A DNA stretch of 64,000 nt from Dehalococcoidia bacterium (GTDB lineage Bacteria; Chloroflexota; Dehalococcoidia; Plut-88900): assembly GCA_965249275.1 (NCBI GenBank), contig CBDFLQ010000006.1, positions 480,001 through 544,000 on the forward strand, in the 5' to 3' direction. The notes under the pieces are model-generated. The model saw only the letters and a program-made list of their open reading frames with translations. It did not search any database and was not told the DNA's origin. The position numbers and the translations under genes are program-made. Positions 28,528 through 37,042 of this stretch are shown in pieces. Numbering within the stretch: the stretch's first letter is position 1; every line of letters begins with the position of its first letter.

Positions 28528-28591
28528 TTGATGCTCCTCATGTTGGTCACTGTCATGGTTTAGTACGTAGCTTCTCTATTCGATCAACGCC

Positions 28592-29653
28592 TTACCCCGG
28601 GCTCGCAAAGGCCAGGGCCCGAGCCGGATTCCCGACCATTACTTGGTCGATCTCCTCCGTCAGAAAACCCTTGCGTCGCATGATGGGCTTAACGTTTTCC
28701 AGGATATGCGCATATCCGTGGCCCCCATATTTAGTGAGACGGTGCTTGTTGCAAATATCCTGGGCCATCAGGACCTGACCCAGCCGACCTTCGTCCCGAA
28801 GATGCATGAAAAAGTCCAGCCTTTTGCCATCGTTGGGCATGTCTATGGGTGAGAACGGGTAGAAGGTCGTCTCGGAACCAAAAAGGTCGAACTCTATAAA
28901 GCAACCGGTCTCGGCGAGCTTGTCCAAGGTGTCGTTGTCGAAGATTGTGCGATCGACGTGGCTCATTATCGTACGGGTAGGGTCGCCACCCGACTCCCGG
29001 ACTATCTCCATTATTTCCAACGGCGCCTGAGGGTTACGCCCTGGATGAATCAACAGGGGAGCCCCGGTTAACCGCTGGGCCCGAGCCGCGGCCCGCAGGC
29101 TCTTTCGCTCGTTCTCCTCCAAGGGCCACGAGCACCCCACCTCCCCAATCACCCCCGACCTGATACCCGTGTCCCCAACACCCTCTGTAATATCGGAGAC
29201 AATCTCTTCCACAATCTCATCTTCCGATTTGTCTACGATATTGCTGGGGTGATAATCATGGACGTAGTAGCCGGAGCCCATTATCACGTTTAGCCCCGTC
29301 GCCCGGGCTATTCGTGCCAGGCCCAGCGGGTCCCGCTTAATGCCAACGCTGGTAGCATCGACGATTGTCTGGCCCCCTGACTTCTTGAACCGGGCTGCCT
29401 CGGCGATGGCAGTATCCTCGTCCAGCAGCTCCATATTGTCCTTGTTGCCGCCATAGTTATAGCGGATCCACCACAGGTTATCCGAGGAGACCGGCTGGTA
29501 GGCAAAGGAGTAGCTGGTTGCGTCATCCGGGGCACTAAACGTAGACCCAAGATCGACTAGTAAGTGCTCGTGGGTGAGGGCTATTCCAAGTTCCTCTGCG
29601 GGCACGGGGCCCAGAACGGTTTGAGCTTTTCCCATCAAGTTGGATTCAGACAT
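28592..29653 (-). CDS. Phosphotriesterase-related protein (PTER/PHP-type, Glu-bridged)
   Basis: LTHEHL, GVIGEVGCSWPL, HPGR, MSHVDRT, DLFG, QDIC, KYGGHGYAHIL, NPAR. Confidence 0.92.
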   Translation of the reverse strand: MSESNLMGKAQTVLGPVPAEELGIALTHEHLLVDLGSTFSAPDDATSYSFAYQPVSSDNLWWIRYNYGGNKDNMELLDEDTAIAEAARFKKSGGQTIVDATSVGIKRDPLGLARIARATGLNVIMGSGYYVHDYHPSNIVDKSEDEIVEEIVSDITEGVGDTGIRSGVIGEVGCSWPLEENERKSLRAAARAQRLTGAPLLIHPGRNPQAPLEIMEIVRESGGDPTRTIMSHVDRTIFDNDTLDKLAETGCFIEFDLFGSETTFYPFSPIDMPNDGKRLDFFMHLRDEGRLGQVLMAQDICNKHRLTKYGGHGYAHILENVKPIMRRKGFLTEEIDQVMVGNPARALAFASPG

Positions 29654-29759
29654 ACGTCATCCTCGGTTTCTGCAGGGTACCCAATGCCGGAGCCGTGCCC
29701 TGCGACACACCTGGGACTTTCGCAACGGTAAACCGTGCGGTTCAGGCGGAAGGCGGCAG

Positions 29760-31058
29760 TTAACCGCGGGCCTGGTCCAGGGAGTAGTCCATCGCCTCGA
29801 TAGTCTTCGCCACGTCCTCGTCGGAGTGGGCGCTGGCTATGTAGTACTTGGAGTCTCCCTTGAGCACTCCCGACTCCAGCATGGCGTGGTTGAACCGGGA
29901 CATCATGGCTTTGTCCGCTTTAAGAGTGTCACGATAGTTGTTCACCTCGTCCACCCCGAAGTACACGTCGAAGCAAGGCGCTTCCCCTACAACCGTGCCC
30001 TGGATCTCCTTCTCCTTCAGCATACGGTCAAGCTCGGCCATCAGCTTGTTGCCCGTCTCCCAAATCCGGTCTACCCCACCCTCCCCCTTTAGGATCTTAA
30101 GGGTCGCCATGCCGGCTGTTGCCGCTATGGGGTTGCCGCTCAGCGTGCCGACCCCAGGTACGAAGGTGCCTTCTTCTTTGGACACGGGGTCAAAGACCCG
30201 CATGATTTCCTCTCGACCCGCTACCGCGGACAGCGGATACCCGCCTCCCACTGCTTTACCGAAGGTGGCCATGTCGGGCGTAACGCCGTAGTACTCCTGT
30301 GCGCCGCCGTAAGACCACCGAAATCCGGTTACAACTTCATCGAAAATCAAGGGAATCTGGTAGTGGCGAGTTATCTCTCGCAATCCTTGCAGGAAGCCGG
30401 GCTTGGGAGGAATGATGCGCTGGCAGCACTCCGTGATAACTGCGCCCAGCTCATCGTGGTGCTTTTCTATCACTGCCTGCGTGGTCTCGAGGTCGTTGAA
30501 TGGGCAGACCAGGACCTCGTTCTCAAGGACGGCGGGGATGCCGGCGGAGTTTCGGCTGGGTCGCGGGAACTCCCTCATCTCCGTCGGGGTTACGCTCATC
30601 AGGGCGTAGTCGTTGGTACCGTGGTATCCACCCTCGAACTTCAGGATCTTGTCACGGCCCCGGAAAGCCCGAGCCGCTTTCATTGCGAAATAGGTTGCCT
30701 CGGAGCCGCTGGAGAGGAACCGCACCTGCTCTGCGCACGGGATGGCGTTGACCATCTCCTCCGCCAACTCTACCGCGGCGCCGTTAGTCGAAAAGTAGGT
30801 GCTCCCCTTGCCTATGACCTCCATTACTGCCGCTACTACGTCCGGGTGCGAGTGTCCTACCAGCATCGGCCCTGAGCCCAACAGGAAGTCGATGTACTCG
30901 TTGCCGCTGTAGTCCCAGACCTTGGAGCCCAATGCCTCCTTGATGATCATGGCGTCATCGGGCTTGAAGAATATGTTGCCAGTCGAACCTCCAGGGAGGT
31001 ACTTCGCGGCTTTTGCCAGAATAGCTTCCTCTTCGGCTGTCCTCTTCTGTCTCGACAT
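29760..31058 (-). CDS. Class III aminotransferase, glutamate-1-semialdehyde aminomutase-like
   Basis: GSGPMLVGH, SSGSEAT, KFEGGYHG, FDEVVTGFR, FGKAVGGGYP, GTLSGNP. Confidence 0.88.
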   Translation of the reverse strand: MSRQKRTAEEEAILAKAAKYLPGGSTGNIFFKPDDAMIIKEALGSKVWDYSGNEYIDFLLGSGPMLVGHSHPDVVAAVMEVIGKGSTYFSTNGAAVELAEEMVNAIPCAEQVRFLSSGSEATYFAMKAARAFRGRDKILKFEGGYHGTNDYALMSVTPTEMREFPRPSRNSAGIPAVLENEVLVCPFNDLETTQAVIEKHHDELGAVITECCQRIIPPKPGFLQGLREITRHYQIPLIFDEVVTGFRWSYGGAQEYYGVTPDMATFGKAVGGGYPLSAVAGREEIMRVFDPVSKEEGTFVPGVGTLSGNPIAATAGMATLKILKGEGGVDRIWETGNKLMAELDRMLKEKEIQGTVVGEAPCFDVYFGVDEVNNYRDTLKADKAMMSRFNHAMLESGVLKGDSKYYIASAHSDEDVAKTIEAMDYSLDQARG

Positions 31059-31161
31059 TGTTCCCCCCTCAGGGTTGAATTTGCACATAGAATATCACGG
31101 TGGACAACCATTGATAAACTGGTCTTTACTAGCTATGACTGCGCAGGACAGGTCCCAGGTC

Positions 31162-31190
31162 TTGACACCCTCCTACCCCTTACCTATGTT
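31162..31190 (+). promoter_or_regulatory. sigma70 promoter for bcp operon
   Basis: TTGACA-17-TATGTT, followed by AAGGAGG RBS. Confidence 0.65.
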
Positions 31191-31226
31191 TAACCCTGCC
31201 CGCACGCAACAAGGAGGAAGTACATC

Positions 31227-31679
31227 ATGCTTAAAGCCGGAGACCCGGCCCCCGATTTCGAGGCCGTACTAGACAGTGGAGATAAAGTCTCGCTTAACCA
31301 GTTCAGGGGCAAGAACGTGGTCCTCTATTTCTATCCGAAAGACAACACTCCCGGTTGCACGAGGGAAGCATGCGACTTCCGGGACAACATCTCGTCCCTC
31401 GAAGATAAAAACACCGTAGTCCTCGGCGTCAGCCCCGACAGCGTGAAGTCCCACCAGAAATTCAAGGACAAGTTCGACCTGCCCTTCCCTCTCATCAGCG
31501 ACGAGGCCAAGGACGTGGCACAGGCCTTCGGCGTTTGGCGGGAAAAGAAGATGTACGGCAAGACCCGTATGGGAATCGTACGTTCCACCTTCATAATTGG
31601 CCCGGATGGGTTGATTGCCAAAGCCTACGACTCCGTCAAAGTCGCCGGCCACGTCGAGGATGTAATCGCCAGTTTGTAA
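31227..31679 (+). CDS. bcp: Thioredoxin-dependent thiol peroxidase (BCP/PrxQ)
   Basis: VVLYFYPKDNTPGCTREACDFRD. Confidence 0.95.
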   Translation: MLKAGDPAPDFEAVLDSGDKVSLNQFRGKNVVLYFYPKDNTPGCTREACDFRDNISSLEDKNTVVLGVSPDSVKSHQKFKDKFDLPFPLISDEAKDVAQAFGVWREKKMYGKTRMGIVRSTFIIGPDGLIAKAYDSVKVAGHVEDVIASL

Positions 31680-31712
31680 TGGCGCTGCCTACCCTTTTAA
31701 TCGGAGGACAAC

Positions 31713-32504
31713 ATGAGACCAAACAAAATTAAACAGTTATGGCGTGAGGGTAAACCCGCTGCAATAGCCTGGGTCGGCAGTGCAGACACGTACATGGCTG
31801 AGGTCCTGGCCAACGTGGGCCTCGACGCCCTGGTCCTCGACATGCAGCACGGCATGGGCATCGGGCCCGACAGAGCTGCCCAGTGGTTCCAGGCAGTGAG
31901 CACCACCGGCACCGTGCCCTTAGCCCGCGTGCCTTGGAACGACCCGGTGTGGTTCCAGTGGGTGTTGGATGCGGGCGCCTATGGGGTTATCGTTCCTTTG
32001 GTGAACAATGGTGAAGAGGCCGCTAAAGCCGGAATGTCCTGCCGTTACCCGCCAATAGGGTTCCGCAGCATCGGCCCAAACCGGGCTCCCCTTTACGCCG
32101 GCTCCGACTATCTCGCCCACGCCAACGAAGAAATCATTTGCCTAGTCATGGTCGAGAACATCAACACCATCCCTAACCTGGAGGAAATGGCCAAGGCACC
32201 CGGTATCGATGGCTTCTACATCGGCCCCGCCGACCTTGCCATATCCATGGGAGTCGACCCCAGGAAATACCAGGGAAGCAAGGAGCACGCTGAGGCATCT
32301 CAGAAGGTGTTGGACGTGGCCCGGGCCAATGGGCTGGTCGCCGGTACCCACTGTGGGAGTCCGGAGGAAGCCAAAGAGCGCTTCGAGCAAGGCTTCGTAA
32401 TGTGCCCCGCACTTTCTGACGCAAGTCTCATGGCTTCGGCGGCCAGGGACGCCCTGGAAAGAGCGAAGACTCCAGAGGCCGAGGGTACGAAACCCGTCTA
32501 CTAG
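31713..32504 (+). CDS. HpcH/HpaI aldolase family protein
   Basis: DMQHG, LARVPWN, LDAGAYGVIVP, RYPPIGFRS, MVE, IGPADL. Confidence 0.92.
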   Translation: MRPNKIKQLWREGKPAAIAWVGSADTYMAEVLANVGLDALVLDMQHGMGIGPDRAAQWFQAVSTTGTVPLARVPWNDPVWFQWVLDAGAYGVIVPLVNNGEEAAKAGMSCRYPPIGFRSIGPNRAPLYAGSDYLAHANEEIICLVMVENINTIPNLEEMAKAPGIDGFYIGPADLAISMGVDPRKYQGSKEHAEASQKVLDVARANGLVAGTHCGSPEEAKERFEQGFVMCPALSDASLMASAARDALERAKTPEAEGTKPVY

Positions 32505-32517
32505 CTCAGGTAGATCT

Positions 32518-33774
32518 CTAGCTCTTCCTCTCTCTGAAGTGCCTCTTCCCCGAAGCCAGGGCCACGGGTCCCGCGGCTATGGTAGCCACTCCGAATGCAG
32601 CGAAAATCCACGTGTATTCGCCCATGTTGTCGAATGCTACTCCTGCCAAATAGGGCCCCAATATCGCCCCAATGGCGTAGGGTGCGGAAATCATTCCCTG
32701 GATAGCCCCGATATGTTTGTGCCCGAACTCGTCAGCCAAAAGTGGATATAGCACCGACCCGAACGACTGGGCCGATAGTCCGTATACAGCAATAAAGAGG
32801 CCCAGAGTCCAGGCGCTTTCAACGTTTGCCAGGGCAAGGATGCCGAGCCCCTGCAGAATGTACGATCCCGCCAAAACTATCCGCTTGTCCAAAACGTCCC
32901 CGAGCCACCCGAACCCTAACTTGGGGATTAGGCCCAGCACCGAGACAACGGCAACTATCTGTCCACCCGTAGTCCTGGAAAGGCCTTCGGCTTCCAGGTG
33001 GGGCAGTATATGCACCGACACGGAGACTAGCCCAAATATGGCCAATACCTGCCCAAACCCAAGTGCCCAGAATGTCCAAGTGGACAGGGCCTGTCGAAGG
33101 GTAAAGTCCAAGCCACCATTCCGACTCTGAAGCGGTGTGCTTGGCGGCGGTGCATCCAATCCATCGGGGTATAGGCCGTACTGCTCAGGTTTGTGGCGAA
33201 GGGCCATGGAGGTGGGGATGCCGACAATTGCCAGGCCGATAGCCGCGGCAACGGAAGCAACACGCCAGTCATAGGTATCGATACCCCAGACCAACAGAGG
33301 CGCTAACACTCCCCCCACGTTGGAGCCGCCCAGCAGAACTCCATTGGCCTTACCCCGATGTTTGCGGAACCAGACCGCAGCAAGAGCCGGGCCGATACCC
33401 GCAAAAAATATCGTCCATCCTACCGAGAGAACTGCAAAATCCAGGTAGAAGCTCCATGCCGAACGACTGACGGACAGGAGCAGCATCCCCGCCACCCCCA
33501 GCCCCGTAGCCAGAAACATAAGCGCCCGTCCGCCAAAACGGTCGAACAGCATTCCCACAAACACCGAGCCGACCCCTGCCATCCCCTGCTGCATGGAGAA
33601 CGCCAGAGAAGTTGATGCGCTCGAAAGCCCGAAGCTCTCCTTCCAAGGGTTGAAGAACGCCGTAAACCCTGACCCCATCACTCCCGACCAGTAGAAGTTG
33701 ATGAAGAAGAAGGATATTGCTATCCACCACCCGTAATAGATCCTTGGGCGGCGGGCCGACTGGGCGGTCGACAT
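32518..33774 (-). CDS. MFS transporter (OFA/MCT-like)
   Basis: IYYGWWI, GMLFDRFGGR, WFRKHRGKANG, GWLGDVLDKR. Confidence 0.9.
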   Translation of the reverse strand: MSTAQSARRPRIYYGWWIAISFFFINFYWSGVMGSGFTAFFNPWKESFGLSSASTSLAFSMQQGMAGVGSVFVGMLFDRFGGRALMFLATGLGVAGMLLLSVSRSAWSFYLDFAVLSVGWTIFFAGIGPALAAVWFRKHRGKANGVLLGGSNVGGVLAPLLVWGIDTYDWRVASVAAAIGLAIVGIPTSMALRHKPEQYGLYPDGLDAPPPSTPLQSRNGGLDFTLRQALSTWTFWALGFGQVLAIFGLVSVSVHILPHLEAEGLSRTTGGQIVAVVSVLGLIPKLGFGWLGDVLDKRIVLAGSYILQGLGILALANVESAWTLGLFIAVYGLSAQSFGSVLYPLLADEFGHKHIGAIQGMISAPYAIGAILGPYLAGVAFDNMGEYTWIFAAFGVATIAAGPVALASGKRHFRERKS

Positions 33775-33883
33775 TCGGGGTGCCTCTCCTGGGGGCCTAT
33801 CAGTGCCGGGGAAAGTTATCGCGCATCATAGACAGATGCCACGCGGCTAACAAGTGAAGGTAAGGAAAGAGCCGGTGGGTGAT

Positions 33884-35158
33884 TTAGGTAGGGGCCGGAA
33901 CGGTCTGGCCTGTCCAGTATATGCGCCGCATGGTCGGGCCAATGCCGCTGAAGAGTGTCACTGCAAGGAACGCCATACCTCCAATGCTCAGGAGCCAGAA
34001 CGGGTCAGCGAGTTCCGCCAAACCGCCGTTGCCCAGATTGGCGAAGGACATTATTCCGCCGGCGTGGATTATGTAAATGCTCGATATCCGGCCCCTTACG
34101 GCATCCGGAACCATCGACTGCATCATCGTCAGGGTTATGACCATATAGGCCGTCTGCGTAGCCCCCATTGCGCTGGCTGCGAGCATCCCTATCGCCATGT
34201 TGGGAGCGACGGCAAGGGCCAACGGGGCCAAAGCGCTGAGCACTCCCGCAATTAAGAGCAATCTGCCCCGATACCTCTCCGATCGAATCCCCGCGAGATA
34301 AATGGAAGACACCATTGCCCCCGCCCCTACTGCCATCATCAGGTACCCCACCCCGCTGCCACCCCACCCAAATCTCTCCTCGGAGAGGACCGGCAACAAC
34401 GCCTCAAATGACATGGTCAATCCGCAGTGGAAGGTTATCAGCAAGACGATCATCGTCAGCGCAGGCCTTCTGTAGACGTAGCTGAACCCGGCGATCAGGT
34501 TTGAAATAAACCCCTTGCTCGCCTCCATTGCCCCGGTCGAAACCGTACTGATGCCCAACACAAGTGCCAGGCTCAGTATGAAGGGTACGTTGCATGCGGC
34601 GAAGACCCAGCCAGGCTCAACTGTGGCTAGTAATGGGGCAATCAGGCCGGGGCCCACGAGCCTCGACGCGTGGAAGGTTGCCGAATTGAGGGCGTAGGCG
34701 TTGATCATCAGGTCACGGGGGACTAGATTCGCAACTAAGGAGAAGGCTGTCGGGGTCTGCACTGCCCTCGCCGACCCGTTTATGAATGACAATGCGACCA
34801 GGTGCCACAACTCCAAAGCCCCTGTGAATGCCAGGACGGTCAATGCTACGCATTGAGCCCAGGCCAGCATGAAGGTGAACGCCAGGACGTGTTTTCTAAC
34901 GAAGCGGTCCGCGAGGTAGCCGGCGATAGGCGGAACAATGATGAACGGGATCATGCCCGCGAAGACTACAATCCCGACCCACAGGTCGCCGTGCGCCTCC
35001 GCAATGTCCCGGGCCATTACCGCCCTCACGGTTATCAGCGCCCAAGTTCCCGAGTCCGACAGCAGTATCGCCGTCCAGAGAAACCGGAAGTCTCGATGAC
35101 CCAAAGCGGGGAAGTATCGCCTGCCAACATTGCGGCTGATGTTGTCTAGAGAAGTCAA
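33884..35158 (-). CDS. MFS transporter (MFS_3-like)
   Basis: ALGHRDFRFLW, AGYLADRFVRK, SRLVGP, VPDAVRGRI. Confidence 0.9.
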   Translation of the reverse strand: MTSLDNISRNVGRRYFPALGHRDFRFLWTAILLSDSGTWALITVRAVMARDIAEAHGDLWVGIVVFAGMIPFIIVPPIAGYLADRFVRKHVLAFTFMLAWAQCVALTVLAFTGALELWHLVALSFINGSARAVQTPTAFSLVANLVPRDLMINAYALNSATFHASRLVGPGLIAPLLATVEPGWVFAACNVPFILSLALVLGISTVSTGAMEASKGFISNLIAGFSYVYRRPALTMIVLLITFHCGLTMSFEALLPVLSEERFGWGGSGVGYLMMAVGAGAMVSSIYLAGIRSERYRGRLLLIAGVLSALAPLALAVAPNMAIGMLAASAMGATQTAYMVITLTMMQSMVPDAVRGRISSIYIIHAGGIMSFANLGNGGLAELADPFWLLSIGGMAFLAVTLFSGIGPTMRRIYWTGQTVPAPT

Positions 35159-35195
35159 ATGCCCCGGACTCGCTGCGGGCCTAAATCGCTAATGT

Positions 35196-35696
35196 CTATT
35201 GTCTTCCCCAGCCGGGATTATTGCCGCGCATGCGGGCCAGCCAGTCGTCCCGCTTCTCGGGAGTGAAGATCTCTGCTGAGGCCTCACTCATCACTCCCTC
35301 GGTTAAATCTATTCGCTTGTCAGCCCCGGCCAGAGACAGCATACCCGACACCGAATACTTACCGTATGTCCGGTTCTCTCCCTCGAACCTTCCACCGACA
35401 ATCAGAGTCTCTAACCCCGAGTTCATGATCGCCCCGCAGCACATGGGGCAGCACTCAAAGGTCACATACATCGTGCATCCGGCCAGGTACGGGCTCCCGA
35501 TATTGGCCGCGGCGTTCCGAATGGCCAGCAGTTCGGCGTGAGCGGTGGGGTCGGAGTCAACCATGACACGCGGCTCGCTCTGCCCGATGATCTTGCCGTC
35601 TTTCAAAATAATCGCCGCTACCGGCACGTCCCCGTGGGACTCGGCTGTCCGGGCCAGCTCCAGGGCCTGTTCCATCACTCTTTCGTCTATCTCCAC
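35196..35696 (-). CDS. Zn-dependent nucleoside/nucleobase deaminase (CDA superfamily)
   Basis: DPTAHAELLAIR and TFECCPMCCGA zinc motifs. Confidence 0.88.
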   Translation of the reverse strand: MEIDERVMEQALELARTAESHGDVPVAAIILKDGKIIGQSEPRVMVDSDPTAHAELLAIRNAAANIGSPYLAGCTMYVTFECCPMCCGAIMNSGLETLIVGGRFEGENRTYGKYSVSGMLSLAGADKRIDLTEGVMSEASAEIFTPEKRDDWLARMRGNNPGWGRQ

Positions 35697-35705
35697 ATTC
35701 GCCTC

Positions 35706-36227
35706 CTATGACCAGAAACGGTCGCAGTACTCTTCCAGGGAATCCCTGGTGCTGGGGAAGGCCAAATCATCCCACGGGATTTCGTCTCGATCGAAAAAGC
35801 CGATGCCTATGGATTCGTCCAAGGCTCGGGGCTCTCCCTCAACTATCGTCCCCGCGTATACGATTATCACCACCGGCGAGCCTTCGTAGGAATAAGCTCC
35901 AATAAGCCCGTCTATCGAGACCTTGATCCCCGCCTCTTCCATCGACTCACGTGCGGCCGCACCTTCAAGGGTCTCGCCCGCGTCCACAAATCCACCAGGG
36001 AACACCCACTTACCGTAAGCGGGCTCGATTCCACGCCTAAGCAACACCAGCTTCCCGTCCGACCTAACTATGGCCCCCGATGCAACTCTCGGGTTCAAAT
36101 ACTGGATATAGCCGCAGGCTTCACAGACCAGTCTCTCGGGCTCCCCCTCCTTGACCAGCTTCAACCCAAGCCGACCCCCGCAACGAATGCAGAACTTGTA
36201 TCCTGAGTGTTTGTGGTCGTGCGGCAT
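35706..36227 (-). CDS. NUDIX hydrolase with N-terminal zinc ribbon
   Basis: CIRCG..CEACG, PGGFVDAGETLEGAAARESMEEAG Nudix box. Confidence 0.92.
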   Translation of the reverse strand: MPHDHKHSGYKFCIRCGGRLGLKLVKEGEPERLVCEACGYIQYLNPRVASGAIVRSDGKLVLLRRGIEPAYGKWVFPGGFVDAGETLEGAAARESMEEAGIKVSIDGLIGAYSYEGSPVVIIVYAGTIVEGEPRALDESIGIGFFDRDEIPWDDLAFPSTRDSLEEYCDRFWS

Positions 36228-36324
36228 GGAGTCTTTAATCAGAGTGTCCAGTCCGGCAAAGGAGGACAGAAATGACACTCGTGGACATTGTATTGGCTAG
36301 GGCTCCGCCGATTATAGCAAAGAC

Positions 36325-36723
36325 CTATGTCGGGGAATTCAGACCCGGCAAGCGCTTAACATGCTCTTCAAGCCACACGTTCAATTCCGCAAATCGGAAT
36401 GAATGTGACTCGAACAGATGCATGAAGAAGGCATACGCTTCTTCGTTGCCACAGTCGATGAAGTGTCCGTTAAGGCGTAGAAAAGCATCCGTAACAGCGA
36501 ACGCTACCCGCTTGTTGCCGTCTATGAAGGGATGGTTCATAGCCAAACTCTCCATCATCGCGGCTGCTTCCTGGATGAGGCCATCGTAATAACCGATCTG
36601 AGGCCGCATCAGCGCCGAGGCCAATGCCCCCTCATCACGTAGCCCCTGCGCGCCGCCATGCTCGCGGATCAAGAGATCATGTGTAGCTATGACGTCCTCA
36701 ATGGAAGGATAACTATGGGTCAT
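36325..36723 (-). CDS. doc: Death-on-curing (Doc/Fic) family toxin
   Basis: HPFIDGNKR Doc motif; GGAQGLRDEGALASALMRP. Confidence 0.92.
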   Translation of the reverse strand: MTHSYPSIEDVIATHDLLIREHGGAQGLRDEGALASALMRPQIGYYDGLIQEAAAMMESLAMNHPFIDGNKRVAFAVTDAFLRLNGHFIDCGNEEAYAFFMHLFESHSFRFAELNVWLEEHVKRLPGLNSPT

Positions 36724-36947
36724 TGGGCGAGCAATTCAAGAAGTCGGCGATTTCGCTCCATGCTCGCCCTGGCGTGGGCCATGAACACCGGGTTGGGTTT
36801 CTCCTGATCCCTGTTGGTGATATATTCCCGCAAAGCGTCCTCCAGTACTACCTGGAACTGACGCCCTTCCTTGCGAGCGATCTCGCGCACGGCTTCCAGC
36901 AATTCTGGAGCGGCCTGACTTGAGAATTTCTCCCGAGACGCAACCAT
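36720..36947 (-). CDS. Putative antitoxin (ribbon-helix-helix-like) of the Doc toxin
   Basis: 75 aa, 4-nt ATGA overlap with doc, KFSSQAAPELLEAVREIAR..LEDALREY and C-terminal ..RNRRLLELLAQ. Confidence 0.8.
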   Translation of the reverse strand: MVASREKFSSQAAPELLEAVREIARKEGRQFQVVLEDALREYITNRDQEKPNPVFMAHARASMERNRRLLELLAQ

Positions 36948-36990
36948 TTCCTATTTCTCCTTTGTAGGGTCCCCCCATTTTGTCGCCATG

Positions 36991-37030
36991 CATCAATCAT
37001 TGTCAAGAAACATCTTGATGTAGATTGATG
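36991..37030. promoter_or_regulatory. Inverted-repeat operator over the TA promoter
   Basis: CATCAATC...GATTGATG with inner TCAAGA/TCTTGA; contains a minus-strand TTGACA (37001-37006). Confidence 0.55.
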
Positions 37031-37042
37031 CCGACCACTCTC

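Noticed and set aside
29760-31058. hemL symbol
   Set aside because: GSA-aminomutase-like fold but lacks the PGGVNSPVR motif (has PGGSTGNIF) and no hem genes nearby
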